A stretch of 59,614 bases of DNA, the filler included, from Basidioascus undulatus (taxonomy: Eukaryota): the NCBI GenBank assembly GCA_000826855.1. It is 4 parts of 4 records of this genome, joined end to end, with 100 filler letters (N's around TTAATTAATTAA, not from the genome) between each part and the next. Parts side by side here need not be neighbours in the genome. Positions count along the whole stretch, not along the records: positions 1 to 14,843 come from JTLS01000689.1; positions 14,944 to 29,744 come from JTLS01000690.1; 2 more parts are not named here. The stretch is one strand, 5' to 3'. Made by a program: the position numbers and the translations under genes. How positions within the stretch are numbered: the first letter of the stretch is position 1; every line of letters begins with the position of its first letter. Positions 12,927 through 29,111 of the stretch are shown here, piece after piece. Under the pieces are notes generated by a model that was not told the origin of the DNA, searched no databases, and saw only the letters and a program-made list of their open reading frames with translations.

Positions 12927-14843
12927 CTAGGCAGCCTCGCCCGGCGGAAACACGCCCATGTCCCTCAGCGCGCCCGCTAGTCTGCGATACTCGGCCAGCA
13001 GCGCTCCAATCTCGCCCATGCGGAGGTCCTCCTCTGAGCACTCGAGGAAGCGCTTGTTCGGCGGCGCCAGAGGCGTTGGGTGCGGCGGCGATGGTGCGGA
13101 AGGGTTGAGCAGCGTGGCGCGGCGATGCGAGGTCGATGGCGGGGGCAGCGAAGTCGTGCCGCGGGTTGGCGAAAGTGAGAAGAATGAGGAGGACTGCACG
13201 GTGGGACAAATGAAAGGTCAGTTGCAGAGCGGGAATCAGCAATGAGCAGCCAATAATGCCCACCTTCGGCGGTGTGTTCGCGGCCGAGACGTCCTGCGGC
13301 GCGGCGCTGCTCGTGCTGCTGCTCGCTGCATGGCTGAACCGCCCCAGGACGGGGATCGAGGCGAGACGATCGGAGATGGTCATCCTCTCGCCATCCTCGC
13401 GGCTGCCCGTCGAGCGCATGCTCGCAAAGCTCCTGATGCTGCGCGCGTCGCTGTCTCTGGGCGCCCGGGGCGCTACGACCTCCTCCTCCTCCTCGTCTTC
13501 CTTGCTCTCCACGCTGTCCTCCTCATCGCTCGGGTACCCGTCGCCCTCTTCCCGGATCGACTTGATCGACCCGGGCCGGCTGGAAACCGTGACCATCTCC
13601 TTCTCGCCCGGCTGCCCGCCTCCGGCCGCGGACGACGACGACCGCGGACGGTCCTTGCCCGCCGCGATGCTCGCCACGCTCGCGGCGATGCTAGCGACGC
13701 TGATCGAGCTTGCACGGCGCGCGAACATGGAAGACGGTCGCCCGCTGAGCGGCGGTCCTCCCGGTTGACGCTCGGGGGACGCGGGCGCGCTGCAGTCCTG
13801 CGTGGTGTTGGCAGCCGCCGAAGAGCCCATGAGTCCGCGGAGAGCGCCCCAGCCCGAGTCGACGACGCCCGAGAGTACCTTGTTCGCCGAGCCGGCGAGC
13901 TCGCCGATCTCGGCCGTGACCTTGCCGCGGATCTTGGAAGTAAGGTCGTCGGGCTGTCCCTCAGCCGGGAACGTCACGAGAGGAAGCGGAGAGAGATCGC
14001 CAACGCTACAAGTCATTCTTTTCATCAGCAAAGACGACTTGCAAGAGGAAGTTTGCGCACCCAATGACCCGATCCGAGCCGCCCAGTCCGAGTTCGCTGA
14101 GGTCGACCGAGTTCAGGAACTCGACGGCAGCGGCGAGGTTGACGAGCGCGTAGCTCGCCTCGCCGCCCATCATGCCCTCCGCCCTGAAGCGCTGGATGAA
14201 AGCGAGGTTGCTCGCGAGCTGCGCGGGGTTGCTCTTGACGACGGAGAAGATGACAAGAGGGAGGATGAGGTCCGCGCCTGAGGACGCTGCCGTCTTGGGT
14301 TCGCGCTCGCCCGGCGGCGACGTGACTTGCAGAAGCGACAGCGTCGGGGAGCGAGGAGAAGCGATGGACGACGCCGCGGAGAGCGGGGTGCTCTCCGCGG
14401 GGGAGGGCGAGGGCGGGGACGGGGACGGCAAGTCGATGTTCTGCGGCGGGGGAGGCGTAGCCATCATGCTGCTAGCCATCGCGTCCCCGATAGCCTGCGA
14501 CGGTTCCGGCAGGTGCAGCTCCGGCACGACCTGCGGAGACGAGTACGGCTTTTCCGTCGTGCGCGGGGTCCGCTCGGCCGCGGGGGTGTCAACGCCCGAG
14601 ACGCCAAGCTGATTAGCTGGCGCGGCGACAGGCTCCAGCTCTTTCTCCTGAGCCGGGCTACCGAGAGCGCCCTCCTTCTCCGGCGACGAGGCGGCCGACG
14701 GCTGGGGCGGGTTCTCGGGGCGGAGGCGGATGGGCGGGAGCTTAGTGAGACCGTCTGCGAATGGGCACGTTTAGTTCCCACTTCGTCTCATCTTGGTTGG
14801 AAACATTTTGACCTACCAACAATGACCTTGTGCGCTCCGACTA
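12927..14843 (-). CDS. VPS9-domain Rab5 GEF (Muk1-like), 5'-partial
   Basis: VPS9 motif GADLILPLVIFSVVKSNPAQLASNLAFIQRFR...GEASYALVNLAAAVEFL; C-terminal PPNKRFLECSEEDLRMGEIGALLAEYRRL; cut by the fragment end. Confidence 0.85.
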
Positions 14844-14943
14844 NNNNNNNNNNNNNNNNNNNNNNNNNNNNNNNNNNNNNNNNNNNNTTAATTAATTAAN
14901 NNNNNNNNNNNNNNNNNNNNNNNNNNNNNNNNNNNNNNNNNNN
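14844..14943. other. Artificial contig spacer (N44-TTAATTAATTAA-N44)
   Basis: 100-nt spacer whose 12-mer has stops in all six frames; identical at three places in the window. Confidence 0.98.
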
Positions 14944-15006
14944 GTTTAGGAAGGTGGGGGAGGAGGAGAAATGAGGGAGGGAGGAGAGGGAGGGGAGGGG
15001 GAGGGA

Positions 15007-16338
15007 CGGATTTTAGATACCCTGGAAGACGGACTTGCATGCACTCGAGGATTTTGATACGTGCCGTATCGTCGCCGTCTCATCCAGGTGCAATGTTGGT
15101 GCACATCCACAGTCGCATGAAGCTGGACCGGCGCGCGCAGTACTGCGACGGGGACACCCTACCGAAGACTGGGACAGGTGGGACGGAGTGGTGCACCTGG
15201 TGACCTGCGCGGGCTTGGCTCTAGCAAAGAGGCAATTAGTCGACCGCTTCCTTTCGAATATTGTGGCGGAGTTGAAAGTATGCAGTACTCGGATTCCGAG
15301 GTTGTGGGAGGTTGACCGACTGAACAACTGACGTACCCTCCGTGACCGGCCGTAGCCGCCAGCCGTGGTCTCCACGATCAATGTGCAGTGGCCCCTCTAA
15401 GTCGGGGGGCTGGAAAGACAGTTAGATTAATGAGATGGTCTACTCAGGCGCTCACTGTGGCTGCGTGGTGGACCGAGTGTCACCAGAGGGAAAGACCGCC
15501 GGCCAATCTTCCGGACAGACAACGAATGGGAGGAATAACTTTGACTGGATTACTTACCATATCAAGGGTAAAATCGCCAAAGCCGTATCGGTATCGAGAG
15601 GGCCGAGGAGGTACAGCCAACCTTCGAAAGTCTCAGGACACTCTCCTCGCTCTCAGTCTGGTTTCTCGGGACGTGAGGCGGGCAACCGTTCCCCATCTCC
15701 ACGGCATGCTGTCGCTTCCTTCGATCGCTGCGTTCAAAAACGCTCATACCTCACCTCAACCCACTTCACATGCGGTCGCTCAATCTGTAGAGCCTCACGA
15801 AAGAGAGGCCGCTCACGAACGCACAGATCCTGGCTATTTCAGCTTTCCTACATGGTGCCCAACCCTCTCTGCGGTGTCTCGTCCTCGACATTCATCGTTT
15901 CCTGCATATGGATATCGAGGTCGTACTACTCAACACGGAACCAGACACCGGTCCTCTCATCGCTGCCATATCCTAACCCCAGCTGACGGACTTGGCGGCC
16001 ACATGCGGAGGCGAATCAATCGCATGCCTCGGCCTCCGTCTCTTCATATCCCTCTCGGGCGACCCGCTTGCAATTCACCTTTGCGACGTGTGTCTTGTCG
16101 ACGTGGCACTGGACTGGGAGTTCTGCGACACATTCAAGTCCCTCACATCCCTTCAGACGCTCGTGATCGTGACATGCCACTATGTCAGGCGGACTATTTG
16201 CGCGAGGTGCTCAAGGACCTGCCTGCGCTGCACAGGGTGCTTGTCATATTCGAGTGCAACCAGGACGTCATCAACCGCAGGTTGGGCCCGCTTGAAAAAG
16301 CTATGGGAAAGAAGGGGTGGGTTTCAGGGGTGTTTTGA
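15007..16338 (+). pseudogene. Probable degenerate F-box/RNI-like gene
   Basis: Fragments such as TLLALSLVSRDVRRATVPHL, FKSLTSLQTLVI and LKDLPALHRVLV lie in different frames. The family call rests on general appearance only. Confidence 0.35.
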
Positions 16339-16839
16339 CTGGACATCGTTACAAGCAAGACCAGAGCCATTGGGTGAGAGCCAGACTGCTCGATGGGAGA
16401 CTGTGGGGTATGCAGTAGGCGAAAGTCCAGGAGCTCCTGGACATGCAGAGGGCCTTCTAACGATCGTGGTTCTTGTAGCCTTGGTGCCATCTGTAGCTTC
16501 GACATACAAGCATGCCAGTTCATTTGGCAAGCAGAGAAACAGCCACTTTGGCTCGCGAGGGTGCCCTCCAGGAGTCACCGAACTTTCGGTCTCCTAACGC
16601 ACGGTGAGCAAGCCGCCTTTCTTGTGTCTCTCTTATAGCTTCACTCCGGGTAGGCCGGCTAGAACGAGCTCGTAACGCATCTTCCCCACGTGCGCTCGAC
16701 TCCAACAGTACCTGCGACCAGACGGCCAGCGAGATCCTTTGGCGAGATCTTTTGACGAGCAAGACTTCCGCTTTTCACATGGCAACCGGTAGCCGCACGA
16801 CCACACGCACACCCAACCACCCGACTCGATCAAGTGACC

Positions 16840-16887
16840 ATCAATCAATCAATCACTCACTCAATCAATCAACCAATCAATCAATCA
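16840..16887. repeat. (TCAA)n tetranucleotide microsatellite, imperfect
   Basis: About 12 units of TCAA/TCAC/CCAA downstream of the PGM stop codon. Confidence 0.85.
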
Positions 16888-17036
16888 TTGTATCGTTGTA
16901 TTCCCAAAAAAGACAGTCATGCGAGGGTGCTATGCGAGCGCTTTGTTGTTCGAAAGTCCGTGTGTAAACCGAAGGGGCAGAGAGGAAATAAGCATGCGAA
17001 GGCGGAACGGTGTGGATGGATGATGAAAAAGGGCGA

Positions 17037-19553
<2,517 letters not shown>

Positions 19554-20055
19554 CGTGCGGGCCGTTTATTAGATCAAGTATGGGAGGGGAGGAGGTGGTG
19601 GTGGTGGGAGGAGAAGGAGGCGAAGAGGGTCGAGCTGTGAGAGCTGGCAAGGGAGTCTGGGGAAGCCACAGCTGTCAGTCCGCCGGTGACGCAAGTTACT
19701 GCGACTGCGAGGCCTGAGCTGAGCTGAACAGACGGATGGGCCTCTGGCCTGCTTCACGTTCATCTTGGTCTGTGCATGTCTGTTTCAATATATTTTTTGC
19801 AAAAGAAGAACAGGAGCCAATGAGGAAGGACGTGCCACCCACTTTCGTGGGCGAGATGTGGCTCGTCAGTACCGGAAAATTCAGATTGCACAGTCTGCCG
19901 GTTTCTGTACTCGATCGCCGTAGCTAGCCTTCCTGAGCCAGGACGACAAGGCCTGTCCTTTTCTTGTGTGATGCAGAGAGGGTGTGGAAACAGCCTTGTG
20001 GGGTGATTAGCAGCGTAACGAAGCGTGCATGATCTGCATCGACGCAGAAGCTCAC

Positions 20056-21730
20056 TCACGACTTGAACAACAAGCTGTTCGATGCTTCCACTCTCGTGTA
20101 TAAGTAACAACTACTTCCCCAGTACTCCTCATCCTCCTCCGTGCCCTTCTCCTCGTCATACTTGTTCGAATCGCGCCGGCCCACAGGGCTGCCGCGATTC
20201 CTCGCCGATTCGACGGAAGAGCGAGCGCGCTTCCCGACCCATTCGGTGGAAGTTCGCCCGCGTCTTCCCGCCGATTCGATGGACGTGCGTGCAAAGTGCA
20301 CCGACTCCCTCAGGCCGGACGGGAAGTCGTCCCGGCAGCATGCGAGGCGCAGCGGTACTATGGCTTGCAAATTAGGTCCATGAACTGTAATCTTGTCTCA
20401 CTCGGTTTCCAAAATTCGAGGGATGCAGGGAAGACTATGCACTAGTACGGGCTCATCGTAGTGCGTCGGGCCGGTCTTCACGATCGGGACATCTGTGTGC
20501 GCCATAACCCAGGACGATACGCTGTGACAGACGAATTTCAGGAATCTTTGGATGTCACGCAAACCATAGTTGAAAGGATACCATACCTTCCAGGCCCCAA
20601 AAACGTTTGCCAGCGTGTCAGCCCGCGACGACCTTGTTTATGGAAAAGTGAGAACAGTCAGCGACCGCGATATGGATATCATCAACCGCGTTTCGGTTGT
20701 ACCGAGAATGATCAACTTCGCATGGTGGTACTGGTGGATGCAATTAAGCTTGAGCCTCTACCAGGTACTAGTCAAGCGCAGTGTGAAGAATTAACTGACC
20801 TTGGCGATTGCGAGGCTCGCACATTTGGGCTCGCCATGAACGGCGTGAATAGTCACGGTGACCTGATGCAGGCGTTTCAGATCAAGGTCGGATCTCAATA
20901 TAGGGGGCGACAACGTACGTTCTTGAACCCCTCGGTGGTCTTCGCCTGCTCGCGTAACGTTGCGAGTGCCTCCTCACTCCCTCCAGGAGACTGCCTGACC
21001 GACCAAGACTGGACAATGAACACGTCGCTTCGCTATGGACACTGAGAGAGACTCAGGAGCCCACTCTCTTAGGCCCTCGTGCATTATGATTGTACACGTT
21101 AAGGTGTGATTTCGAGGTTTGACGAGCAGAGGCACACCATTGCACATGAACAATAACAGTCAACGCTCTAAGTTGAACCAGAGAAGAGAAAACAGGACAA
21201 CTAACTCTGTTTTTCAGCGTATTGCGAGCAATAGAAGGCAAGAGGAACTCCCTCTAAACCGCCAATTGCCTAAATGACAGCAGTGATTGCAGTGACGCTT
21301 GTGCTGTTGTGACATTGAGGCCGGCAAACGGGATGTCACCGGTGGACGACCTGCATGTGCCAAAGGAAAGCAGGAATATTGAAACATGAATACCTAGGTA
21401 AATATGCAACCCGGTGGCTTCCATGAAACATGCTGGTCCAACGCCCCGACCCCAGTAGACCTTCTCCGACCGCCCCTGATCTTACGACGAGATGACATCT
21501 TCGAGCGTCCACAGGATATCCACACTGACAGCTCCGCATACGCTGTTGAGTTCATTGTTGAGCCTGTGGTGGACTCGCCACAGAACTCTGGAAGGCTTTG
21601 GTCAGCAACGACTGCCGGCATGCACAGCGAGGGCCCGACATTCTCACGGGGACGATAGTATGATAGCAGGCATCCCAATCAGGGCGATGACTGCCCCTGC
21701 GAGAATGGTGTGCGGTACAGAAAACCGCAT
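20056..21730 (-). CDS. Universal stress protein (Usp) domain protein, possibly with an N-terminal hydrophobic leader; both termini uncertain
   Basis: Spliced core (~21035-20405): DVFIVQSW...EEALATLREQAK...N|VTVTIHAVHGEPKCASLAIAK|YHHAKLIILG|RRGLTRWQTFLGPGS|VSSWVMAHTDVPIV, matching the Usp G-x-x-G...GSVS-x-x-V-x-x-H-x-x-VP pattern. Confidence 0.65.
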
Positions 21731-22440
21731 AATTCGAAGTGGGGTTCAATGGCTCAAGGACGATGTGGAGGTGAGGCAAGGGTGGTGGGTGGGTGAGTGG
21801 GAAGTGAGTTCTTGCCGACCAACATGGGAGCTGGGGAACAGTATAAAAGCGCCTGCAGGCTATTGTTCTGGTTTGACTGAGACATAAAATTGCCACCGCT
21901 GATTCAACGGACTCAACCTGTGCGCATCGAACCGGACCACTGTATCATCCGCTTCAGGCACGACTCCAGGGGCCGTCAGAATCGTCACATCACAAACCGT
22001 GGAAGACGCCAGGCGTTCGGATAAACTTGTTCCATTCTATACATAAGATTGCGTTTGTGCATGTGCGGGAACTGGACTGAATTGAACAGTGGGTGTTCGG
22101 CACCAGACATTTTTGAGTGGGTTTGGCCCTCAACAGACATGTACTGCGAAAGTTTGTGAGATAAGCTGAGTCACGCTGGCCTTCACATGGCAGTCTTGTT
22201 CTGTAATTCGCAGTCGACAAGAGGACGATATATACGATGAGGCATTGATATGTACAAGGAATTATGCTGCAAACAACCTTGAGCTTGAGTCAAGACGCTG
22301 TCGTGGACTGCCGAGTTTGCAGCTTCGGCTCAAGCAGCTCAGCGGCGAGTTCGCGCCTTCTCCCTCCGCGCTCATCATCACCCTCTCTTCGCTCGTCCTG
22401 CTCACCAGTCGATCGATCGAATCGGCAGTTCTTCCTCAAT

Positions 22441-23681
22441 ATGGCCGAAGTCTCCACGCAAACTCCTGCTTCAACATCCTTGACGTCAGCGCTGGAAGCC
22501 TCGACCTTCCGGCGGCTGCACCCGCGCGCGTACCTCGAGCGCTTCGCCGCGGAGGGGATTAGACCAGAAGGACGCGTCTTTGACGCGTTCAGGGCGACAT
22601 CGCTGAATGCTGGTGGGTCCCAATCGATTCTATACGGTAGTGGGCTTCGGGGTGGTGCGGGATAGCTGTCGTACACGCTTCAGGAGGCCGCAGAACGCGC
22701 AAGCTGATGGATTCCCCGACCTCATCGCTTCACTTTGTGCAGGCTCCATCTCGACTGCCGATGGTTCCGCGCTTGTGCGGATTGGATATACGACGGTGGT
22801 GTGCGGGATCAAGGCGGAGATAGCCGAGCCGGACATCAACCGGCCAAACGAAGGCTTCCTCGGTGCGCTCGTCCTCATTGCCCCACACCGTATCTCCACA
22901 GCTGACCCTCCCAATTGCACCAGTGCCGAACGTGGACCTCCCCGCCCTGTGCTCCCCGCGCTTCAAGCCCGGTCCTCCAGGCGACGAGGCGCAAGTCCTC
23001 TCCGCGCAGATCGGCGACTTCCTCTCTTCGTTCGTCTGGCGCCCTCTGGTCTCCCGTCCCATGCACTGACCAGCTTTCATACTCCGAAAGCGCACAAGTC
23101 CTGCCCCTCTCCTCGCTTCTAATCCACCCCGCCAAGTCCGCCTGGGCACTCTGGGTGGACGTCACCTGCATCAACTACGACGGGAACGTCTTTGACGCTG
23201 CCGTGCTCGCGATCATCGCCGCTCTGAAGTCTTGTGCGTCTTCCATGTGTGGCAGCGCCGTGCATAGCCGTGCTCACTTCTAACGCAGGTCGTCTGCCCG
23301 CCGCCAAGTACGACGAGGACGCAGGGCGGACCGTCTGCTCCCGCACCGAGTCTCATCCTCTTCGCCTGCGCCGTACGCCCCTGCTTGCGACCTTCGGCAT
23401 ATTTGACTCGTGCGTCAGAGCCCCGTTATAAACCCACGACAGCATACTCACGTTCTCCGCATCTCAGCACACATCTCTTTGCCGACCCGTCCTCTTTCGA
23501 AGAGTCGTTGCTGCATACGAGGATTAGCATCGCCGTCGATGAGCGGGGCCAGCTCTGTTACGTTTCGCAGGCGGGTCGTGGCGAGCTGGGCCGGACGCCG
23601 TCTCACGACGTGTTGCGGCTTTGCATCGAAAAGGCTAGGCAAAGACGCAAGGAGCTTGTGTCGTCGCTGGAAGGACTATGA
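22441..23681 (+). CDS. RRP43: Exosome complex RNase PH-like subunit Rrp43, multi-exon
   Basis: [96 protein letters not shown]. Confidence 0.93.
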
Positions 23682-23861
23682 TGCATGCTTTGTCCGACGT
23701 GCTTTCGTGAAACAAGTGCTTCTGAGCAGGCTAGACAAGCGTATGCGAAAGATCATGGATGTGGCGCAAAAACGGGGTGCAAGCAAAACGAAAACTAACG
23801 CGAGTCTAAAAGTACAAAGCGAAGAGCGAAAGAGAAGTCAGGTCCGGCTGGCGATGCGATC

Positions 23862-26800
23862 TCAGTGCGCGGCGACAGCGGTCCCGTTTGCGTTGATGAC
23901 GGGCTTCCGGTCGCCCTGGTCGCCGCCGCCCTGGGACTTCTTGAGGAAGTTGTTGAGGAGGCTCTTGAGGTTGCCCGTCTCGACGTCGAGCCACTCGCCG
24001 TTGTTGATGCACAGGATCTTCATCTTGCGGTGGTACGTGAGGCCGGGGAGGAGCTTGGGCGTGATGAGGAAGTATCTGAAGGGCAAGTGAGAGTCAGCCA
24101 AGGGCTATGGTCAGGCAGAGTGCTACTGGTGAAAGGAACATACTGGCCAGCGTTGCGGTTGCACGTCACCTCAACCATTTGGTTGTGCACGAGGCGCTCG
24201 GCACGCTGGTCCATGCCCTTGGCAGCCGTCAGAGTGTAAGCGATCAGCCACATACGCCAAGAGGAATTTGAAGGCGCACCTGGTTGATCTCGTCGACAAG
24301 CGAGAACGGCGACTTGGACAGCTCCGTCAAGCTCATGAGGTAGAGGATGGTCGACAGAGAACGCTCCTACAAGTAGCAACAAGTGTTTTGAGCTGGTTGC
24401 ACGCGCACCGAACTGGCGAGAGAATGGGACGCACACCGCCGGACTGGCGCTGGGCAGTGAGAAGCTGGAGCTGCTCATTGTCGCGGAACTTGACGCGGAT
24501 CTCGATCGCCCAGTTCTCGTAGTTCTCCTCATCCTTCCGCAAAGAGACGTCGCCCGCGCAGCCGATGCCTGAGGGGCGCAGCAAACGTGAGCACTCGCAC
24601 CATGCGAAGGGGGCAGCAGAAACACATACGGTCGAAGGCGGCGGAGAAGCGCTCGCTGACGCGGTGGATGAGTCCCTGCAGCGTGGGCTCCCATTGGTTC
24701 TGCAAATCGTGCGTAAGCCACCAGCTCCGAGGCACAAGTGTACAAGATACGCACCCGGATGACTCCTATCCGCTTGGTGATCTTGCGCAGTTTCGTCGTC
24801 TTCGAGTGGATGGCTTGCTCGAGTCTCTCAATCTACACAAGCATCTCGCGCTGTCAGCGATGAGGTCCTGTACCACAAGCCTCAGTAGACGCACCTCGGC
24901 CTTTCGGCGCTCGTACGTTTGCATGACCGCGCCGTTGCTGGCCGTGTTCAAGTCGAGATTCGCGCGGGCCTCCGCGAGCTCGTCCTCGAGCTGTTCAACC
25001 GACTTTTCGTCCTCCTCCTGAAGTTTCGCCCAGATCAGCCGCGAGTTGCAGGGCAGAGCAAGATCATCCCATGAGAGAAAGAGAGAGAGAGGACAAGAGG
25101 GGCGGACGTACATCGCCGCGGGCTCTGACAAACGCCGCCCGAAGGTCCTCGTCTACATCGTTGAGCAGGGACTTGGCGAGATGGAGCTGCTGCGCCGACT
25201 CGGCCTTGGCCCGCTCGTACACCGCGTTCGCATCGTGGAGCTCTGCCGACGCCTGCTTGAGCCGCTCGTTCGTCTCGTTGCCGACCGAGTCGAGCGCGGC
25301 GAGGTTCGCGTTCGCTTGGACGATATTGAGGCCGAACTCCTCCTGCAGCTCGATGTTGCGGACCGCGTCTTGCACGAGCGCCTACGGGTGCTCAATGACG
25401 TGGGATCAGCACCTCTGCGAGGAACAGTAGACGGCTTTAGAAGAGTCGCTCACGCTTTGTTCGAGAACGAGGGTGTACTTGTTCTTCGTTCCCTTGCGGA
25501 TCTTCTTCATGAGGCCCTGGCGCTCAGACTCGGCCGACGGCGCCGCTTCTTCCCTCTTGAGGTTGGCCTTCAAAGTGTCTGCGGCAGCCGCTGCATCAGT
25601 ACTTCCGCGCAGCAACACGGTACGCCTGCGATGAGGAGAGACTCACTCAGCTGGACGATCGCCTTCTCGTACTTCCTCCGCTCGGCCATGATTTCCTCCT
25701 TCGCCCTGATCAACGAGTCCTGGCAACGGCTCGCATGACCGGTAAGCATTACCGTTCACGGAAGAACATGCCCGACAGCGAACGGACCTTGGTCGCCTTC
25801 AGCTCGTCCGCCTCATCGCGGAACTTCTTGTCCTGCGCCGTGAGCTCCTGGACCTTGGCCTCGTTCGTCTTGAGCTGCGCGTCGGCCTCCTCGATCTCGC
25901 GCTCGAGCGCGCGCTTCGCGTCCTCGTCGACTGCACGCCGCAATCCATCGCCACTAATCAGCTGCTGCCCACCCACACTCGCAAGGGTCACGGAGACGAA
26001 GCGACGTGCCGCCCGGGTCGACGAACGTCTGAGCCGGCTTGATCGACTTGGTCGAAGTCGACGCCGTGCGCGCGCCGTAGCGGGACCAGGCGACGACGTA
26101 GCTCTCGGTGCCGGCGACGTAGCGGCGAATCTCCTGGCGGCGGTACGCCTCGTGGTTCTCGAGCGCATCGAAGTTGACCGAGCGCGAGTCGGTGGCGATA
26201 GGCTGTGCGAGCGGGGAGGTGTCAGCATGCGGCTGCTGGAGGGAGATGGAGATCCGGCACCGACGATACGGTGCAGGTACGCCGCGCCCTTGAGGAAGTG
26301 CAGGACCTGCTCCGGGCCCTCCATCACGTCGATCGCGAAGCCGTCGAAGCCTATCGCTTGGATCTGCACCTCGCATCTCGCAGGTCAGCATGTGGAGCCT
26401 GTGCGCGCGCGAATAAGCCTGCTGCGCACCTCATCCCTCGAGCACGGCTGGCGCATGACGTCGGGGTTGAAGACGGCGTGGACGACGTTAAGGCGGAGCT
26501 TCCCCTTGTCGATCAGCTGCGCTGTGAACATGTCGTAGTCCTCCTGGTTCTGACAGACGAACGTCTGCGCGCGCACCCCTCAGCTGACAAGCCCCCCACA
26601 TATCCAGCGCGGGCAAGTCGCACCTTCATCTGGTTGAAGTTGACGAGGGACTCGATGCCAGCTGCGTAGCGCGGGTGGACGACGGAGCACGAGACGTATG
26701 CGGGCTCGAACACCTCCTGCTTGAACCGGTGCTTGTTCTCGCGGAGGAGGTGGATCGCCTTGGCCGTGTCCTTGTCGGCGCCTGCGAGCTTCTGCAGCCG

Positions 26801-29111
26801 CCGGTTCTTGCCGTCCTCGAGCCGCGCGATCCTGCATACGTGCGTAACGTGAGCTTGCCAAGTCCCTCAAGCGGGCACAGATGCAGCATGCTTACCTCTC
26901 GCGAGCGCGGTCGATCGTCGCGTGCAGGCGGTTCCCCTCCTCCTCGATGTCCCGGTATTGGTCCTGCAGCGCATGCACCTTCTGCCCGACGCGCCGGCGT
27001 TCCTCACTCGAGGCGTTCTGTCTCTTCCGGCGTCAGCACGCACAGAGTCGCACCGCATCGCACAGCCGAAAGCGCGCTGGGGCAAGAAAGGAGGCCAACG
27101 CACAAGCTCACGGTTGATCTCGTCCAGGCCCTCGTCGCTCGGCGCGCCGTTGTCGATGAACTTCTGCGCCTTCTCCAGGTCCGTGTGGAGCTTCTTGATC
27201 TTCTCCTTGCGGCGCTTCTCGTCCGTCTTGATGCTGTCCATCTTGTTATAGACCGTCTCCATCTCCTCTTCCTGCGTATCCCAAAGAAGCCCCCGGTCAG
27301 CATAGCCAGTCGTTTGCCAGAAAACACCGCCACCCACAATTTTGCCGAGCGCCCGGCTCTTCTTCGTGATGTCCGCGCCGAGCTTGGTGAACGCGTCGTC
27401 GGCCGCCTTCCGGCGCCCCTCGGCTTTGGATTGACGGTCCGTGAGGACCCTGCAGCACCCCAAAATCCTTATTAGCGATTCTTGTTCTCGTCAATGGTTC
27501 GAGCGGAGAGAAAAGACGCACGAGCGAGCCTCCTCAAGCGGGCGGTTCCCGCGCTCGATCTCCTTGACGATGTCGTTCAGGCGCTTGCGCTCGACCTTGG
27601 CCTGGTCGTATGTGGCCTTTGCGACCGAATAGCGCGCGAAGGGGATCATGAGCTCGAGAACTTTGATCTACCGTCCAGTAGGCATGATCAGCGACGGTTC
27701 CGGCGCAGCTGGAGGCAGCGAAGCCCGCGTACCTGGCGCTCAAGCGCCTCGCGCTCCTTGTATCGCTCGACCTCCTTATATAGCAGGTTGTTCGCGTCCG
27801 CCTTGGTCTTGCGCTCGTCCTCGTCCCCCGCGAGGGCCTGCAACCCGCGCGTTTAAAAAGTCAACACCACCACCACTGCCTGCATCGACCAGGCAAGGCG
27901 GGAGACGGACCTTGCCGAGCTCCTTCTTCTGCTCGCCGAGCCGGATGAGCTCCTCATGCCACGCCGTCAGGTCGCCCGCGCCGACGCCCTCCGCCGCGCG
28001 TTGCGTCTCGCGCAGGAGCTGCTGCGGCGACATCTGCGCGAACTCGACGACCTTGTCCTGCGGGAGGAAGGAGCTGCGTGCGCGTATGCGTGTTAGCTTC
28101 GAGCGTGGTGGTAACGAGCTGAGCAACGCACCAGAGGTTACCGACCTGGACGCCGTAGGAAGACACAGTCTGCTTAATCTTGTCCTGCGTCGCCGACTTG
28201 CCTGTGTGCAAACAGGCGCAGCATGTGAGCACGAGGCATGGCAAGCCATGGATGAAAGGGTCGCCGCACCGTTCAGCGAGTACTCGCTCCCCTTGTTGTC
28301 GGCATTGATGGACCGGCGAATGACACTGTTGCGCTCGCCGATATGGCCCTTGAGCTCAATCTCGATCCAGCCCTTCTCGTGGCCCTGCTTGACAAAGGAC
28401 ATGATCTCGCTCGCTCGGCCGAGGACCTGTCCGGCGCCCAAGCCAGTCACCCACGATCAGCCTGCTTGCTCTCTCTCGCCACACACCGCCTTCTCTGCAG
28501 CACAGCGCACCTTCGGCGTCCACCCGAGCCCGAGCGCGATCCCGCAGACGATGGTGCTGTCCGCCCAACGGCGCCAGTGAGCGACGAGGATGAGAGGGGA
28601 GGGTGTGGAAACACACCTCTTGCCTGTCCCGTTCGGCCCGATAACCATGTTGAGGTGCGGGCCCGGGCGGAACTCGACGTGGTCGTATGTGACGAAGTTG
28701 TGCAGCGCGACGCGGACGATGCTCCCGGGGATGTACCTTTCCTCGCGCACACACCACAAAAATCAGCGACCCCGTCTCCCTCTTCCATAGGGATGATAGC
28801 ACTCACCCATCCGGATGCCGCGCATGCTCGACCGGCTCAAAGTTGAACTCAGGCACCTCCTCCTGCTCCTCCTGCTCCTCCTCTCCCTCTCCCTGCTGCT
28901 GCTCCTCTTCCTCTTCCTTTTCCTCTTCCTCCTCCTGCCGAGCCCTCCCTTTGCCTTTTCCACCAGCCCGCACATGCGCGTCCCCGCTCTCGTTCGCGCG
29001 CGCGCGCTTCGCCCCGCGCGGGGACGCGTGCTCGGCCTCCTGCTCAGGCTCGTGCTCGGGCTCGGGCGAGTCGTCGGAGGGCGTGGGGGAGTCGGGGACG
29101 CGGCGCGCCAT
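23862..29111 (-). CDS. SMC5: Structural maintenance of chromosomes protein 5, multi-exon
   Basis: [15 protein letters not shown]...[13 protein letters not shown] (Walker A); [13 protein letters not shown]; long coiled coils; [17 protein letters not shown]...[27 protein letters not shown]. Confidence 0.96.

Noticed and set aside
14844..14943. Recurrent TTAATTAATTAA palindrome between N runs (also at 29789 and 44725)
   Set aside because: Artificial six-frame stop linker. Genes on different fragments are not necessarily neighbours, so no cross-fragment cluster can be inferred.
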